64,000 nucleotides of DNA, taken from the NCBI GenBank assembly GCA_030390025.1, contig CM059431.1:106890001-106954000 (forward strand), given 5' to 3'. This stretch comes from Squalus acanthias. Its lineage: Eukaryota. How positions within the stretch are numbered: position 1 is the stretch's first letter; each line of letters begins with the position of its first letter. Positions 51,770 to 62,479 of the stretch are shown piece by piece. The notes under the pieces are model-generated. The model had not been told where the DNA came from, searched no databases, and saw nothing but the letters and a program-made list of their open reading frames with translations. Position numbers and translations under genes: made by a program.

Positions 51770-53425
51770 TGTAAGGGGTTTCGGCGTGCTTGTATCGCAG
51801 ACGGTGCTGGTGCGAGGTTAGGCCTTCGTTGCCTAATACTATTGCTTGCTCTGGTCTCGGCCAGCCTTGTTGCAATAAGCACCTGTGAGTGGTTCGACCC
51901 ACTCGCCCTTACGGTTCTAACACTGGACTTAGGTGCGAGAGCAGTAATGCAGAGAAAAACTCAAATAGACCCGGTTGAATAGTACGAAATGGAAATCTTT
52001 ATTGCATAGCGTCCAAAATCATGAAGTACATGTCATAGGCGCAAATTAACGAGAGTACAAGTATACATACATTCATAAAGCTTGGTCTATGGTAATGAGG
52101 AACGCACGGCACATCGTAAAAAGGGGAACACATTATACTTTATCCTTAATAAAACCACCCTCCCCTATCAATACCTACACTACACCTAGATTTGTAGGAT
52201 CGGGAAACATGCTCACCACTCGTGATACTTCGGAGAATTTTAAAGTGAGGCACTCGGCTCATTTCGCTGCAGCGCCTGACTGTCACGTGTTTGGAGGGGT
52301 CTCAGTACCCCACTTGTTTATCTTCGCTGCTGCGGCAAGCAGGCCGGGCTCCCCGTTGTCATGAAGAACTCGACAGAACTCGGGCCCGGCTGTAGAACTC
52401 AAAGAAAAGTCTTCCTGTACCGACACCAGTTGTCGGTAGAATTCAAAGAAGAGTCTTTGACCGGTTCGTGCAATAACCTGTAGAGTTCAAGAAGTGGGTC
52501 TTATAATTTCGGGCGTGGTCGGGGTTTACTGACCGCGGCGGCACGTGGATTCTTCTTCTTTTCTTGTCATTTCGTCTTTTCCTGTTGGGCCTTCGGGTCC
52601 AGACACCGTTTACCGATTCTCGGGATGGTGCACCCGGTCACTTGCCTTTGTCGAGGCGGCTCGTTCCGATTGAGCTCCACCCAACATTCGAATAACCGTC
52701 CAGTGCGGCTAAAGTCCAGAGTCAACAGAGTCCAGAGAAACACAGAAGGCTGCTCGTCCAGCAGAGCGATACCCGAGGATCAGAATAGGAGAATAAGAGC
52801 CGATTCGAGCGAATAAGAGAGCGATGGACATTTGTTCACTATAGTTATAGTGCTGTGTTCCCTTATCTCCCGCCCAAATCTTAATGTTTGTCCTTTGTGA
52901 AATATTGGCGCTCAAAACTCCCAGCATGGGGCGATTCTTGTCTTTAACGGGTTTCGGTAGCACCTGAAACTGGCCAACTACCCGTTAATGTTTTCCTCAT
53001 TGTTGAACCGGCTAGGAGCCTCCCTGGCTGGGTTTTGGGGGCCCCCGAATACTTGTTTAATCACCCGAGAATGGCTCTCTCATTGTAGAGCCGTGGGGGT
53101 ATTTGTGTGTTGATGTGTCTGGATGGGCCTTCGATTGCCCAGTACAATGGTCCTTACTTGTGCATGGAAAACGATTCCAGCACTCATATCTTTTGCTATT
53201 GTCACAAATGCAAACAGTTTGCATCCTGTCTTATATTGAAATGTTTATTCGAACGCCATCTTGTCTGCCCACTGTAATTCTGGAAGCTTCTGCTACGATG
53301 CGCGGCGGCCATTTTACAGGCTTCTGTGTCCTTTATATCATGACAGCATTTCATTTAATAAAACTGATCAAACGAATCTGCTTCTATCTTGTTATTTTGA
53401 ATCGCGATAATTGCGAAACTTTACA
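51770..53425 (-). repeat. 3' LTR (1656 bp)
   Basis: TG...CA; AATAAA on the minus strand at 51998-52003; near-identical to 60823-62479. Confidence 0.97.
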
Positions 53426-53437
53426 GTCCCTCCTGTT
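53426..53437 (-). promoter_or_regulatory. Polypurine tract
   Basis: AACAGGAGGGAC lies immediately before the 3' LTR on the minus strand. Confidence 0.8.
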
Positions 53438-53708
53438 GATGCGAATAACTCCGCTTATCGTATCAATTAAAAATGGTGGTGAGCAAAATTATCCTGATTC
53501 TCCACATCCAAACACTCCCTTAACTTAAACTATCTATGGCCTCCATGCCGTCCTCATTTCCCAGGGAAATTACATTGTCTAAACTTAGACAAAACGTAGG
53601 CAGTATTGCCTTTAAACTTACACTGCGTATACGCCTTCCAGGTGCAAAAGGCCGATGCCTCTCGCACCACCTGTATATGCATATTTTATTACACAAGGAA
53701 AAAATAAT

Positions 53709-54452
53709 GGCCCAAAAATTAGTGAGTGAGCCTTCGTGCGAGGGTAAGGCCTTCCCACGATCTCTCACTGCGCGCTGGCTTTTTCAGTCCGAGCTCGCAC
53801 GAACTTGATGTTCTGGACAGCAGCTGTGCAGGGCTTTCGTATCCCACAGGCGTAGTTAATTCGTGCGAGCTGTGGGATCACGTGACTCAGTTAGAGCCAA
53901 TGGCAGCACACCATCTTTCATTCATAGCTTTCACAGCACGGCTGTGAAAGCAATGAACACTATACCCCCCCAAAAGAACAGCTAAACCTCAATTAAATTT
54001 AAAAAATAAACCATCACATTAATAAAATAAGTATAGTTAAATAAATTAACCATTTTAAACAAAAAATTAAATTTTTGAAAAAATTTAAAATCTTTTAAAA
54101 AGTTATAAAAATAAACTTACCTGTCTTTAAAGTCTCTAAAAAAGATATACCTGTTAAAAAAAATTCAAAATAATACTTAATTAAGTACTTACCTTGTTAA
54201 AAGAGGGTCTTACACCTCCTTTCTTTATGTCTAAAATCTTCCATGCTTACCTGCGCGTTCAAAGCACTAAGTGCACTGCGTGCGCGCAGCCTGTAGCGCA
54301 CACGCGGTTCACCTAGGAACCGCCCCCTTTTGAATTCACCAAGTGCCGGTTTTCAGCGCATGCGCAGTGCATGCAGAAAACCGGCAATTGGAGACAGAAT
54401 ACGCGAGAGTACACAGTGCGTACTCTCGCGTAGCGGCACTAATTTTTGGGCC
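53709..54452. mobile_element. Harbinger-type MITE in the proviral 3' UTR
   Basis: 16-bp TIR GGCCCAAAAATTAGTG with AAT TSD. Confidence 0.9.
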
Positions 54453-54566
54453 AATCAAAACAACCATTTTAAAATACAAAGTTCCAAACTTAGTTACACA
54501 TCTACATAACTAAACAATCAATTACAAAACACACATGGTAAAATGGAGCGGTGTCATCCTGGCCGT

Positions 54567-57500
54567 TTACGCAGCGCTTTCCTCGTTCACGCGCACGTAA
54601 CGTTCTCTCCACTCCCCTGTGTTCTCCTGCTTTGTGAGGCGTTTGCCTCTCTTGCAGTGCACGACCAATAGGTACACTACAATTATAACTTGGCACACAA
54701 CCAAAATGTGGGAGGCTATCCTGATCCATGAAGGAACTTCAATATTGGTGAACAGATCTCACCACGGTGGGATTACTATGTCCAAAAATTTCTGTCCCTA
54801 TTTCTACTGTTTTCTGTTCCAGGGTGTAAAAATGTTTTTGTGATACCGCGACGGCTTTCAAAAGCTTGGTGAGGTGTTCAGGGAGAGGGGGAATGATGTA
54901 TCCGAAATGCGCGACGAATCGCTGCAAGTCGGTGAAATTCTCTTTTACTGTAAGGTGAACAGTGGATGGTTCAGGGATCGGGACAATTCGCTGTTGTGCC
55001 ACTTGAACTTCAGCCCTGGGTTTAAAACAGAAACTGCTGTCACTCACCGGACACCGGCTGGTGTGTCCATGCTGGTAGTGTTGCGCTGCAGTGGTAACGC
55101 AATATGTTCCACCCCCTATGTATGCCACCTGCGGAGGCACATGATCCTGTGTCATTGCTTCCATGGTGCAATTCATGGGCTTCGCGCCAGCCGTTCTGAA
55201 CCCGCATTGTGGTGTTAAAAAGGCATTCAAGTGCTGGGGACACAGTATGATGTGTGCTCCCCGGCCACGACAACCCGAGAGATCGGTACCTGTCATCGTT
55301 TGCTCCCAGCGGATGACGTAAGGTGGGACCGCTGCGTAGCGAATGTGGGCTCCCCCCTGAATGACACCAATGTTCTTCACCCGTTGCACCGGGGCAGGCT
55401 TTGCCGTTTCGCCCAACACCGGCATACATAAGAACATAAGAACATAAGAAATAGGAGCAGGAGTAGACCAATCGGCCCCTCGAGCCTGCTCCGCCATTCA
55501 ATGAGATCATGGCTGATCTGATCCAACCTCAACTCTAAAGAACACAAGAAGCAGGAGCTGGATCAGGCCACTCGGCCCCTGGGCCCGCTCCGCCACCCAC
55601 AGGGCCTTGACCGATCCGAACTCAAACTTATGTCCAATTTTCAGCCCGCTCCCCGTAACCCCTGATTCCCTTTACTTCTAGGAAACGGTCTATTTCTGTT
55701 TTAAATTTATTTAATGAAGTAGCTTCCACAGCTTCCTGGGGTAGCAAATTCCACAGACCCACTACCCTCTGAGTGAAAAAGTTTCTCCTCATCTCAGTTT
55801 TGAAAGAGGAGCCCCTTATTCTAAGATTATGTCCCCTAGTTCTAGTTTCACCCATCATTGGGAACATCATCACCGCGTCCACCCGATCAAGCCCCTTCAC
55901 AATCTTATATGTTTCAATAAGATCGCCTCTCATTCTTCTGAACTCCAATGAGTAGAGTCCCAATCTACTCAACCTCTCCTCGTATGTCCACCCCCTCATC
56001 CCCGGAATTAACCGAGTGAAACTTCTTTGTACTGCCTCGAGAGCAAGTATGTCTTTTCTTAAGTATGGACACCAAAACTGTATGCAGTACTCCAGGTGCG
56101 GTCTCACCAATACCCTATACAACTGCAGCAATACCTCCCTGTTTTTATATTCTATCCCCCTAGCAATAAAAGCCAACATTCCATTGGCTTTCTTGATCAC
56201 CTGCTGCACCTGCATACTAACTTTTTGATTTTCTTGCACCAAGACCCCCAGATCCCTTTGTACTGCAGTACTTTCCAGTTTCTCGCCATTAAGATAATAA
56301 CTTGCTCTCTGATTTTTCCTGCCAAAGTGCATAACCTCACATTTTCCAATATTGTATTGCATCTGCCAAATCTCTGCCCACTCACCCAGCCTGTCGATAT
56401 CCCCTTGTAGGTTTTTTATGTCCTCCTCACTCTCTACTTTCCCTCCCATCTTTGTATCATCTGCAAACTTTGCCCATGATGGTATGATTTGACCGTCCGC
56501 AGTCCACGGGGACTGGATCCTTTAAGTGTAGTGTCATGGCCTGGTCCTCATGTAACTCAGACCCTACTACCTTGTTTTCGCTTGTGAGGATGCTTTTTAA
56601 TTGTGTTTTTAAACCATTGATCTGGGTCTGCAGCTCCACATTGTCTAGAGCGTTGACCACAGATGTTCCTGTATTAAAGGCAGTGAACATATTGTTCACA
56701 ATACCCCTTCTTTGTCTCCCCACCTGACCCAAAACTTCGTGTGGTGTGGTGTACAAGCTTGTTTTGTCAATCTCCGCAAAATCAAACTCGTAGAATTGTC
56801 TGAACATGTTTGTCAACAGGACCTGGTACAATTGTTCTGTCTCTTTGGGGCACCACTCTGGTAAACGCACCTCGGTGAGATTTAGAATCACCGAAGCCAC
56901 CGCGTAATGTACCCCTTGAAATAGTATCTGGTCTGTTGGGACCAGTACCAAACCATTCCCGGGCCCCTTAGTGGTTTTAGGGCACCCTTCCTCCTGAGCC
57001 AAAACCACCGGAATCGTGGGCGGAGCCTTGCGTGGGCGCGTGCTGAGTTCAGTGGCGTTTACCGGGATCGGGGAGAATGGAGCTCCGCACCCCTTTGTGC
57101 TGACATCCCACCTCATCCCTTTCCTGTTATCCTGCCACTGGTGTACGAAAAATATGGATATACCCTTGGGGCAAACGTACTTCGATCCCCACATACAAAC
57201 ATATATTCCCTCATCCGGTTCCCACCATTTGTCCCAACAGACTTTCAATTGTCTGTTAGTCCCCATAATTGTCCGATGGGTGTTGTTACCCAATCGCTCC
57301 CACTCAACCGAGGAATTTCTCATAGTCTTGCTTAATTTCCGTAACCACCACCATCGGCTCAATGGGACCTTCCCATTGCATGTCAAACAAATCCTTTTGC
57401 CGACGGTGACGCTGATTCTGGGTGCAATGATCCTCACTCTGGGGCACAGTAAAGAAGTCTCTTTGTAGGCAAATCCGGATGCGCTGGAGTATTCCATTGA

Positions 57501-57695
57501 ATTCGTTCCCAGCCATCCCGGCCACCTTCCCTTGTGGAAATAAATGGCAGTCTCCTCAGCCTTTCGCTCCCCGGTCCCATCCGTCGCGATGGGTCCCGTG
57601 TCCCCGGAGCAACCAAACACAACGACATCCTTGGTGAGGCCCCGATAGGCCAATCCATATCCGATCGTTGCGAGCACTATCAGAATCCTTTCCAT
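54567..57695 (-). pseudogene. env: Envelope glycoprotein, split by CR1, with a frameshift and a stop near the TM segment
   Basis: Signal peptide MERILIVLATIGYGLA; furin site RQRR (56706-56717) followed by a hydrophobic fusion peptide and heptad repeat. Cys-rich part at 54780-55425; TM IASHILVVCQVIIVVYLLVVHC then KRGKR; TAA at 54567. Confidence 0.85.
55426..56471 (-). mobile_element. Young 5'-truncated CR1 inserted in env
   Basis: Open RT C-terminal ORF at 55628-56449; (CATAAGAA)n tail; same subfamily as 9580-11120. Confidence 0.95.
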
Positions 57696-57926
57696 CTTTC
57701 CTGGTTCCTGTGATCAGATAAAATGATGTAGCCAGCCTCCCAAGAGTCTCTGGCTTTTGTGAAGGGTGAGCGGGTCCCTTGACCTCGTCTCACGTATAAC
57801 GACATGTATGCTGGATAGACTTTAACTATTCCTATCTTTAACTCCCATCATTCACCATTTACTTTTAAAATTAAAACTACAATCTTACCAAACTTACAAA
57901 ACTTAAACTTAAACTTAACCTAAACT

Positions 57927-59018
57927 TAACTGTACAGTGCCGCCCGTTCCCAGGGCGGCCTACCTAAATTCTGCGAAGGCTGCCACGAGCTTTTCCCAGT
58001 GGTGGGAGGGCACTGACCCCTTCCTTTGATCTGCCGCAGCCTGTCGCCGCTGCGCTGGGACTGGGATCTCCCTGGGCTGCCTTGACCTTGAACTTACGCC
58101 TGGGGGCCTACGGGGGACTTGACCACGACTTCCTGGGCTGGGGTGTCCGACTTGACCTACGGAGGGCTACTTTGGGCAAGATTTCCAGGGCCGACGGACC
58201 AGGAACCAAGACTTCCACCGTCGCGGCCTGTGGTCCCACCACAGCCGCTGGCTCCGTCTCCCCTGGCTCCGCCCCCCTGAACTCGGGATTTGCAGTTTCT
58301 GGCTCCACCCTACTTGGCCCAGTATGTGGTCCTCCACTCGCAATTCCTACCTCCCCCAAGGGCAAGACATCCAGGGCCGACGGACCGGGTACCGAGACTT
58401 CCACCGTCACGACCTGTGGTCCTACCACAGCCGCTGGCTCCGTCTCCCCTAGCTCCGCCCCCCTGGGCTCGGGATCTGCAGTTTCCGATTCCACCCTGTG
58501 TGGATCTCCACTCACAGCCCCTATCTCCCCTGAGCTTGAGTCGAGGACGAAACTTTCGTCCTCTGACCCCAGCACCTCTCCGATCGGGTCACTACCTTGG
58601 TCGAGCTCCTCGAGCTCTTCCTCATCTGAATCCCAACACCAAGAAAAGATCCTACACTTTTCTAGAATGTCCTCTCCTCTCAAGCAGGCTGCTTTACCGG
58701 TCTGTGTGCCCTGCGGTCCTACCCGGGGCTGCGAGTCCCCACTCGCAGTTTTGGCCCCTGTGATTGCCCCTGTGCACCCGGTTTATACAACTTGCACTGG
58801 TTTAAATCCTCATACTTCCTGCTTCTGGCTACCCTGCAGGCTGCCTTTATGTCTGCCTTTATGTCTCTAAGCTGCCCTTCCAGCCCGTCTACTTTCCCCA
58901 TTAAACGGGCGTTCTCCTCCCGTATGGCCTGCTCTTTTAACCTGGCTTCCTTACAGGAGACCCCCTCCTGTGCGTGTCTTTTAAGGGGACACAGGTAGGC
59001 AGGCTGCACCGGTTCCAG
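57927..59018 (-). pseudogene. Disrupted accessory ORF2: Gag-like coiled coil followed by an acidic/Pro-rich region with a 62-aa repeat
   Basis: ORFs 58719-59009 and 58108-58683; tandem duplication 58176-58310 vs 58362-58497. Confidence 0.55.
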
Positions 59019-60818
59019 TCAGAAGCCTGGGTGGTATGGGGCTGTTGCTACCTCCCCGTGCGAAATCATAAGAGACCGCATGGCTCCTAACATTGATTCT
59101 ATCGCATCGGGATGGATAGGCACACCAGCTCCTTTCTCAGAGACAGGCGCTTGGGTTCGGGCTGCGGGATTTTTATCCCTGGGGTCCTTCCAGGGGTTCC
59201 TACAGTTCTTACGCCAGTGACCTGTCTTCCCGCACCCGTAACAAGCACCACTGGCTTGTGGGGCGCGGTTTCCCTCCTGATGCCACTCCTTTTGAGCCGG
59301 GGCTGCGAGCCGTGCCTCATGCACCTTTCCCTTAAGGGGACGCGCTCCCGTGCTCCTAGTGTTACGATACCCTATGGTGAGTCGATTTAGGACAGACTCC
59401 TCTGTTGTGGCGGGGTTAGTGGGATCAAACCATGCTTTGGCCTGCTCCCTGACGGCTGGTAAGCTGTTGGCTACTAAACACCTGAGCCAGTGAGCTAAAC
59501 CGGCACCGTTCAGGTAGTCGTGCCCCGGCGCACCTGGGCAGCTACGCTGGTATACTGGCCACAGCCTGTCGGCGAAAACCTTCGGGGGTTCTCCCTCCAT
59601 CTGTATGGTTTGACTCAATATGACGAACGGACCTTCGTCATCCGCCCCTAACACTTCTAGGACCTCGTCCCGTAACTCCTCATAGGTTTTATTTCCCTTC
59701 TTGCTCTCGTCTGAGAGACACTGAAGGATCGAGCTATCTAACGAGAACAGCAACATTTTGGTCTTTTCCACATCGTCGCAGCCATTAATTGCTGCGGTCT
59801 GTTCTACCTCCCTAAAGTGTACGGAAGGGTCGTCTGACTCGGACAGCTTCCGTACATGGCTAATCATTGCTCTCAGCTGGTGTGAGCTGTGAGGCAACAC
59901 AAGCTGGTTCAGGACATCCCCGTCATCCCCATTGGCTGCGTTCGGGCCTCTCTTGTAACCTCGGAGCGGACACATCGGTCCCGGGCTCGACTCTACCTCC
60001 GGGGACTGTCCTACCTCGGGAACCTCCTTTTCTATTTCCACCACTTCCTCCCTTACCCAGGTTGCCGAATAGCTGGGTGGCGCGGAGGGCACAGTGGCAA
60101 ATACCTCCTCTGCTTTGTCTGGTAGGGATTTTGGGAATTCCCTACCCACCTGTGGCTGGTTTTCTGACGGGCTGATGAGGCACACCAAGCCGTTTGCCTT
60201 ATTCAGGGCCTCTCTTTGGTTCCCTATCTCCTTCTGGCAAACACTGTGGTCGGCTCCCTCATGCCTATCCTCGAGGGCCATCTTATATGCCGCCCTAACT
60301 CCCTTCAAGCTTTCTTCCTGGGCTTTTATCTGGTTAGCTAGGCGGGCACACCGTTCTCTAATCCTACCCTCGTTTAATTTCGCTTCCGTGACCTGACACT
60401 CTAGGTAATCAATTTTAGCCTCATGGTGGTTGGCTACTATCTGGTGTTCCTGATGTAACGCATTCAAGGATGCAATGAGTTTCTGTCCTCCCGTGATCTT
60501 TTCCTCCATCTCAACTTCCAAATCCCTGATCTGAGCTGCCTGTGCCACAATGACCTGGTCCGAAAGTTGGACTTGCTTCTTGTAGCACATCAGCCAGACC
60601 GCTTTCTCTACCGACTTCTTATGTTCTTTACTGCCTGTCCATTTGATGGCTGCGTCTCGCGGACGCTTATCCATCAGTAGGTCACTTATCCACCTTTTGG
60701 TTAAGTTAACCTTCCCAAACACATAGTCGGCTACCCTCTCATCCATCACATTTCGCCTATTCACACCAGGGTCTAAAACATTACCCTCTCGCTGCCAGTG
60801 TCCTGCCACGGTCGCCAT
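59019..60818 (-). CDS. gag: Gag polyprotein, 599 aa
   Basis: Open frame from AAAATGG. N-terminal coiled coil, PSAPPSY, capsid-like region and CCHC knuckle CYGCGKTGHWRKNC (59202-59243). Confidence 0.92.
   Translation of the reverse strand: MATVAGHWQREGNVLDPGVNRRNVMDERVADYVFGKVNLTKRWISDLLMDKRPRDAAIKWTGSKEHKKSVEKAVWLMCYKKQVQLSDQVIVAQAAQIRDLEVEMEEKITGGQKLIASLNALHQEHQIVANHHEAKIDYLECQVTEAKLNEGRIRERCARLANQIKAQEESLKGVRAAYKMALEDRHEGADHSVCQKEIGNQREALNKANGLVCLISPSENQPQVGREFPKSLPDKAEEVFATVPSAPPSYSATWVREEVVEIEKEVPEVGQSPEVESSPGPMCPLRGYKRGPNAANGDDGDVLNQLVLPHSSHQLRAMISHVRKLSESDDPSVHFREVEQTAAINGCDDVEKTKMLLFSLDSSILQCLSDESKKGNKTYEELRDEVLEVLGADDEGPFVILSQTIQMEGEPPKVFADRLWPVYQRSCPGAPGHDYLNGAGLAHWLRCLVANSLPAVREQAKAWFDPTNPATTEESVLNRLTIGYRNTRSTGARPLKGKVHEARLAAPAQKEWHQEGNRAPQASGACYGCGKTGHWRKNCRNPWKDPRDKNPAARTQAPVSEKGAGVPIHPDAIESMLGAMRSLMISHGEVATAPYHPGF
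60801..60817 (-). promoter_or_regulatory. Primer-binding site, tRNA-Arg(UCG)-like
   Basis: TGGCGACCGTGGCAGGA lies 5 nt after the 5' LTR. It is complementary (one mismatch, from recalled sequence) to the vertebrate tRNA-Arg(UCG) 3' end TCCTGCCGCGGTCGCCA. Confidence 0.75.
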
Positions 60819-60822
60819 TTTC

Positions 60823-62479
60823 TGTAACGGGTTTCGGCGTGCTTGTATCGCAGACGGTGCTGGTGCGAGGTTAGGCCTTCGTTGCCTAATACTATTGCTT
60901 GCTCCGGTCTCCGGCCAGCCTTGTTGCAATAAGCACCTGTGAGTGGTTCGACCCACTCGCCCTTATGGTTCTAACACTGGACTTAGGTGCGAGAGCAGTA
61001 ATGCAGAGAAAAACTCAAATAGACCCGGTTGAATAGTACGAAATGGAAATCTTTATTGCATAGCATCCAAAATCATGAAGTACATGTCATAGGCGCAAAT
61101 TAACGAGAGTACAAGTATACATACATTCATAAAGCTTGGTCTATGGTAATGAAGAACGCACGGCACATCGTAAAAAGGGGAACACATTATACTTTATCCT
61201 TAATAAAACCACCCTCCCCTATCAATACCTACACTACACCTAGATTTGTAGGATCGGGAAACATGCTCACCACTCGTGATACTTCGGAGAATTTTAAAGT
61301 GAGGCACTCGGCTCGTTTCGCTGCAGCGCCTGACTGTCACGTGTTTGGAGGGGTCTCAGTACCCCACTTGTTTATCTTCGCTGTAGCGGCAAGGAGGCCG
61401 GGCTCCCCGTTGTCATGAAGAACTCGACAGAACTCGGGCCCGGCTGTAGAACTTAAAGAAAAGTCTTCCTGTACCGACACCAGTTGTCGGTAGAATTCAA
61501 AGAAGAGTCTTTGACCGGTTCGTGCAATAACCTGTAGAGTTCAAGAAGTGGGTCTTATATTTTCGGGCGCGGTCGGGGTTTACTGATCGTGGCGGCACGT
61601 GGATTCTTCTTCTTTTCTCGTCATTTCATCTTGTCTTGTTGGGCCTTCGGGTCCAGACACCGTTTACCGATTCTCGGGATGGTGCACCCGGTCACTTGCC
61701 TTTGTCGAGGCGGCTCGTTCCGATTGAGCTCCACCCAACATTCGAATAACCGTCCAGTGCGGCTAAAGTCCAAAGTCAACAGAGTCCAGAGAAACACAGA
61801 AGGCTGCTCGTCCAGCAGAGCGATACCCGAGGATCAGAATAGGAGAATAAGAGCCGATTCGAGCGAATAAGAGAGCGATGGACATTTGTTCACTATAGTT
61901 ATAGTGCTGTGTTCCTTTATCTCCCGCCCAAATCTTAATGTTTGTCCTTTGTGAAATATTGGCGCTCAAAACTCCCAGCATGGGGCGATTCTTGTCTTTA
62001 ACGGGTTTCGGTAGCACCTGAAACTGGCCAACTACCCGTTAATGTTTTCCTCATTGTTGAACCGGCTAGGAGCCTCCCTGGCTGGGTTTTGGGGGCCCCC
62101 GAATACTTGTTTAATCACCCGAGAATGGCTCTCTCATTGTAGAGCCGTGGGGGTATTTGTGTGTTGATGTGTCTGGATGGGCCTTCGATTGCCCAGTACA
62201 ATGGTCCTTACTTGTGCATGGAAAACGATTCCAGCACTCATATCTTTTGCTATTGTCACAAATGCAAACAGTTTGCATCCTGTCTTATATTGAAATGTTT
62301 ATTCGAACGCCATCTTGTCTGCCCACTGTAATTCTGGAAGCTTCTGCCACGATGCGCGGCAGCCATTTTACAGGCTTCTGTGTCCTTTATATCATGACAG
62401 CATTTCGTTTAATAAAACTGATCAAACGAATCTGCTTCTATCTTGTTATTTTGAATCGCGATAATTGCGAAACTTTACA
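60823..62479 (-). repeat. 5' LTR (1657 bp)
   Basis: TG...CA; followed by the PBS on the minus strand. Confidence 0.97.

Larger units (their letters stand above)
51770..62479 (-). mobile_element. Endogenous retrovirus-like provirus (LTR-gag-ORF2-env-LTR, pol absent)
   Basis: Paired LTRs, GGAC TSD (51766-51769 and 62480-62483), PBS, PPT, gag and env. Confidence 0.95.

Noticed and set aside
55628..56449. RT ORF inside the provirus taken as its pol
   Set aside because: It is a non-LTR CR1 RT C-terminus with a CR1 tail, so it is a secondary insertion.
58082..58870. 262-aa plus-strand ORF as an antisense gene
   Set aside because: It is the GC-rich shadow of the repetitive minus-strand ORF2 and has a non-ATG start.
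60819..60956. 46-aa N-terminal extension of Gag in the ORF track
   Set aside because: It starts at a non-ATG codon inside U5, and the 3' LTR copy has an indel there. The ATG at 60818 has a strong Kozak context.
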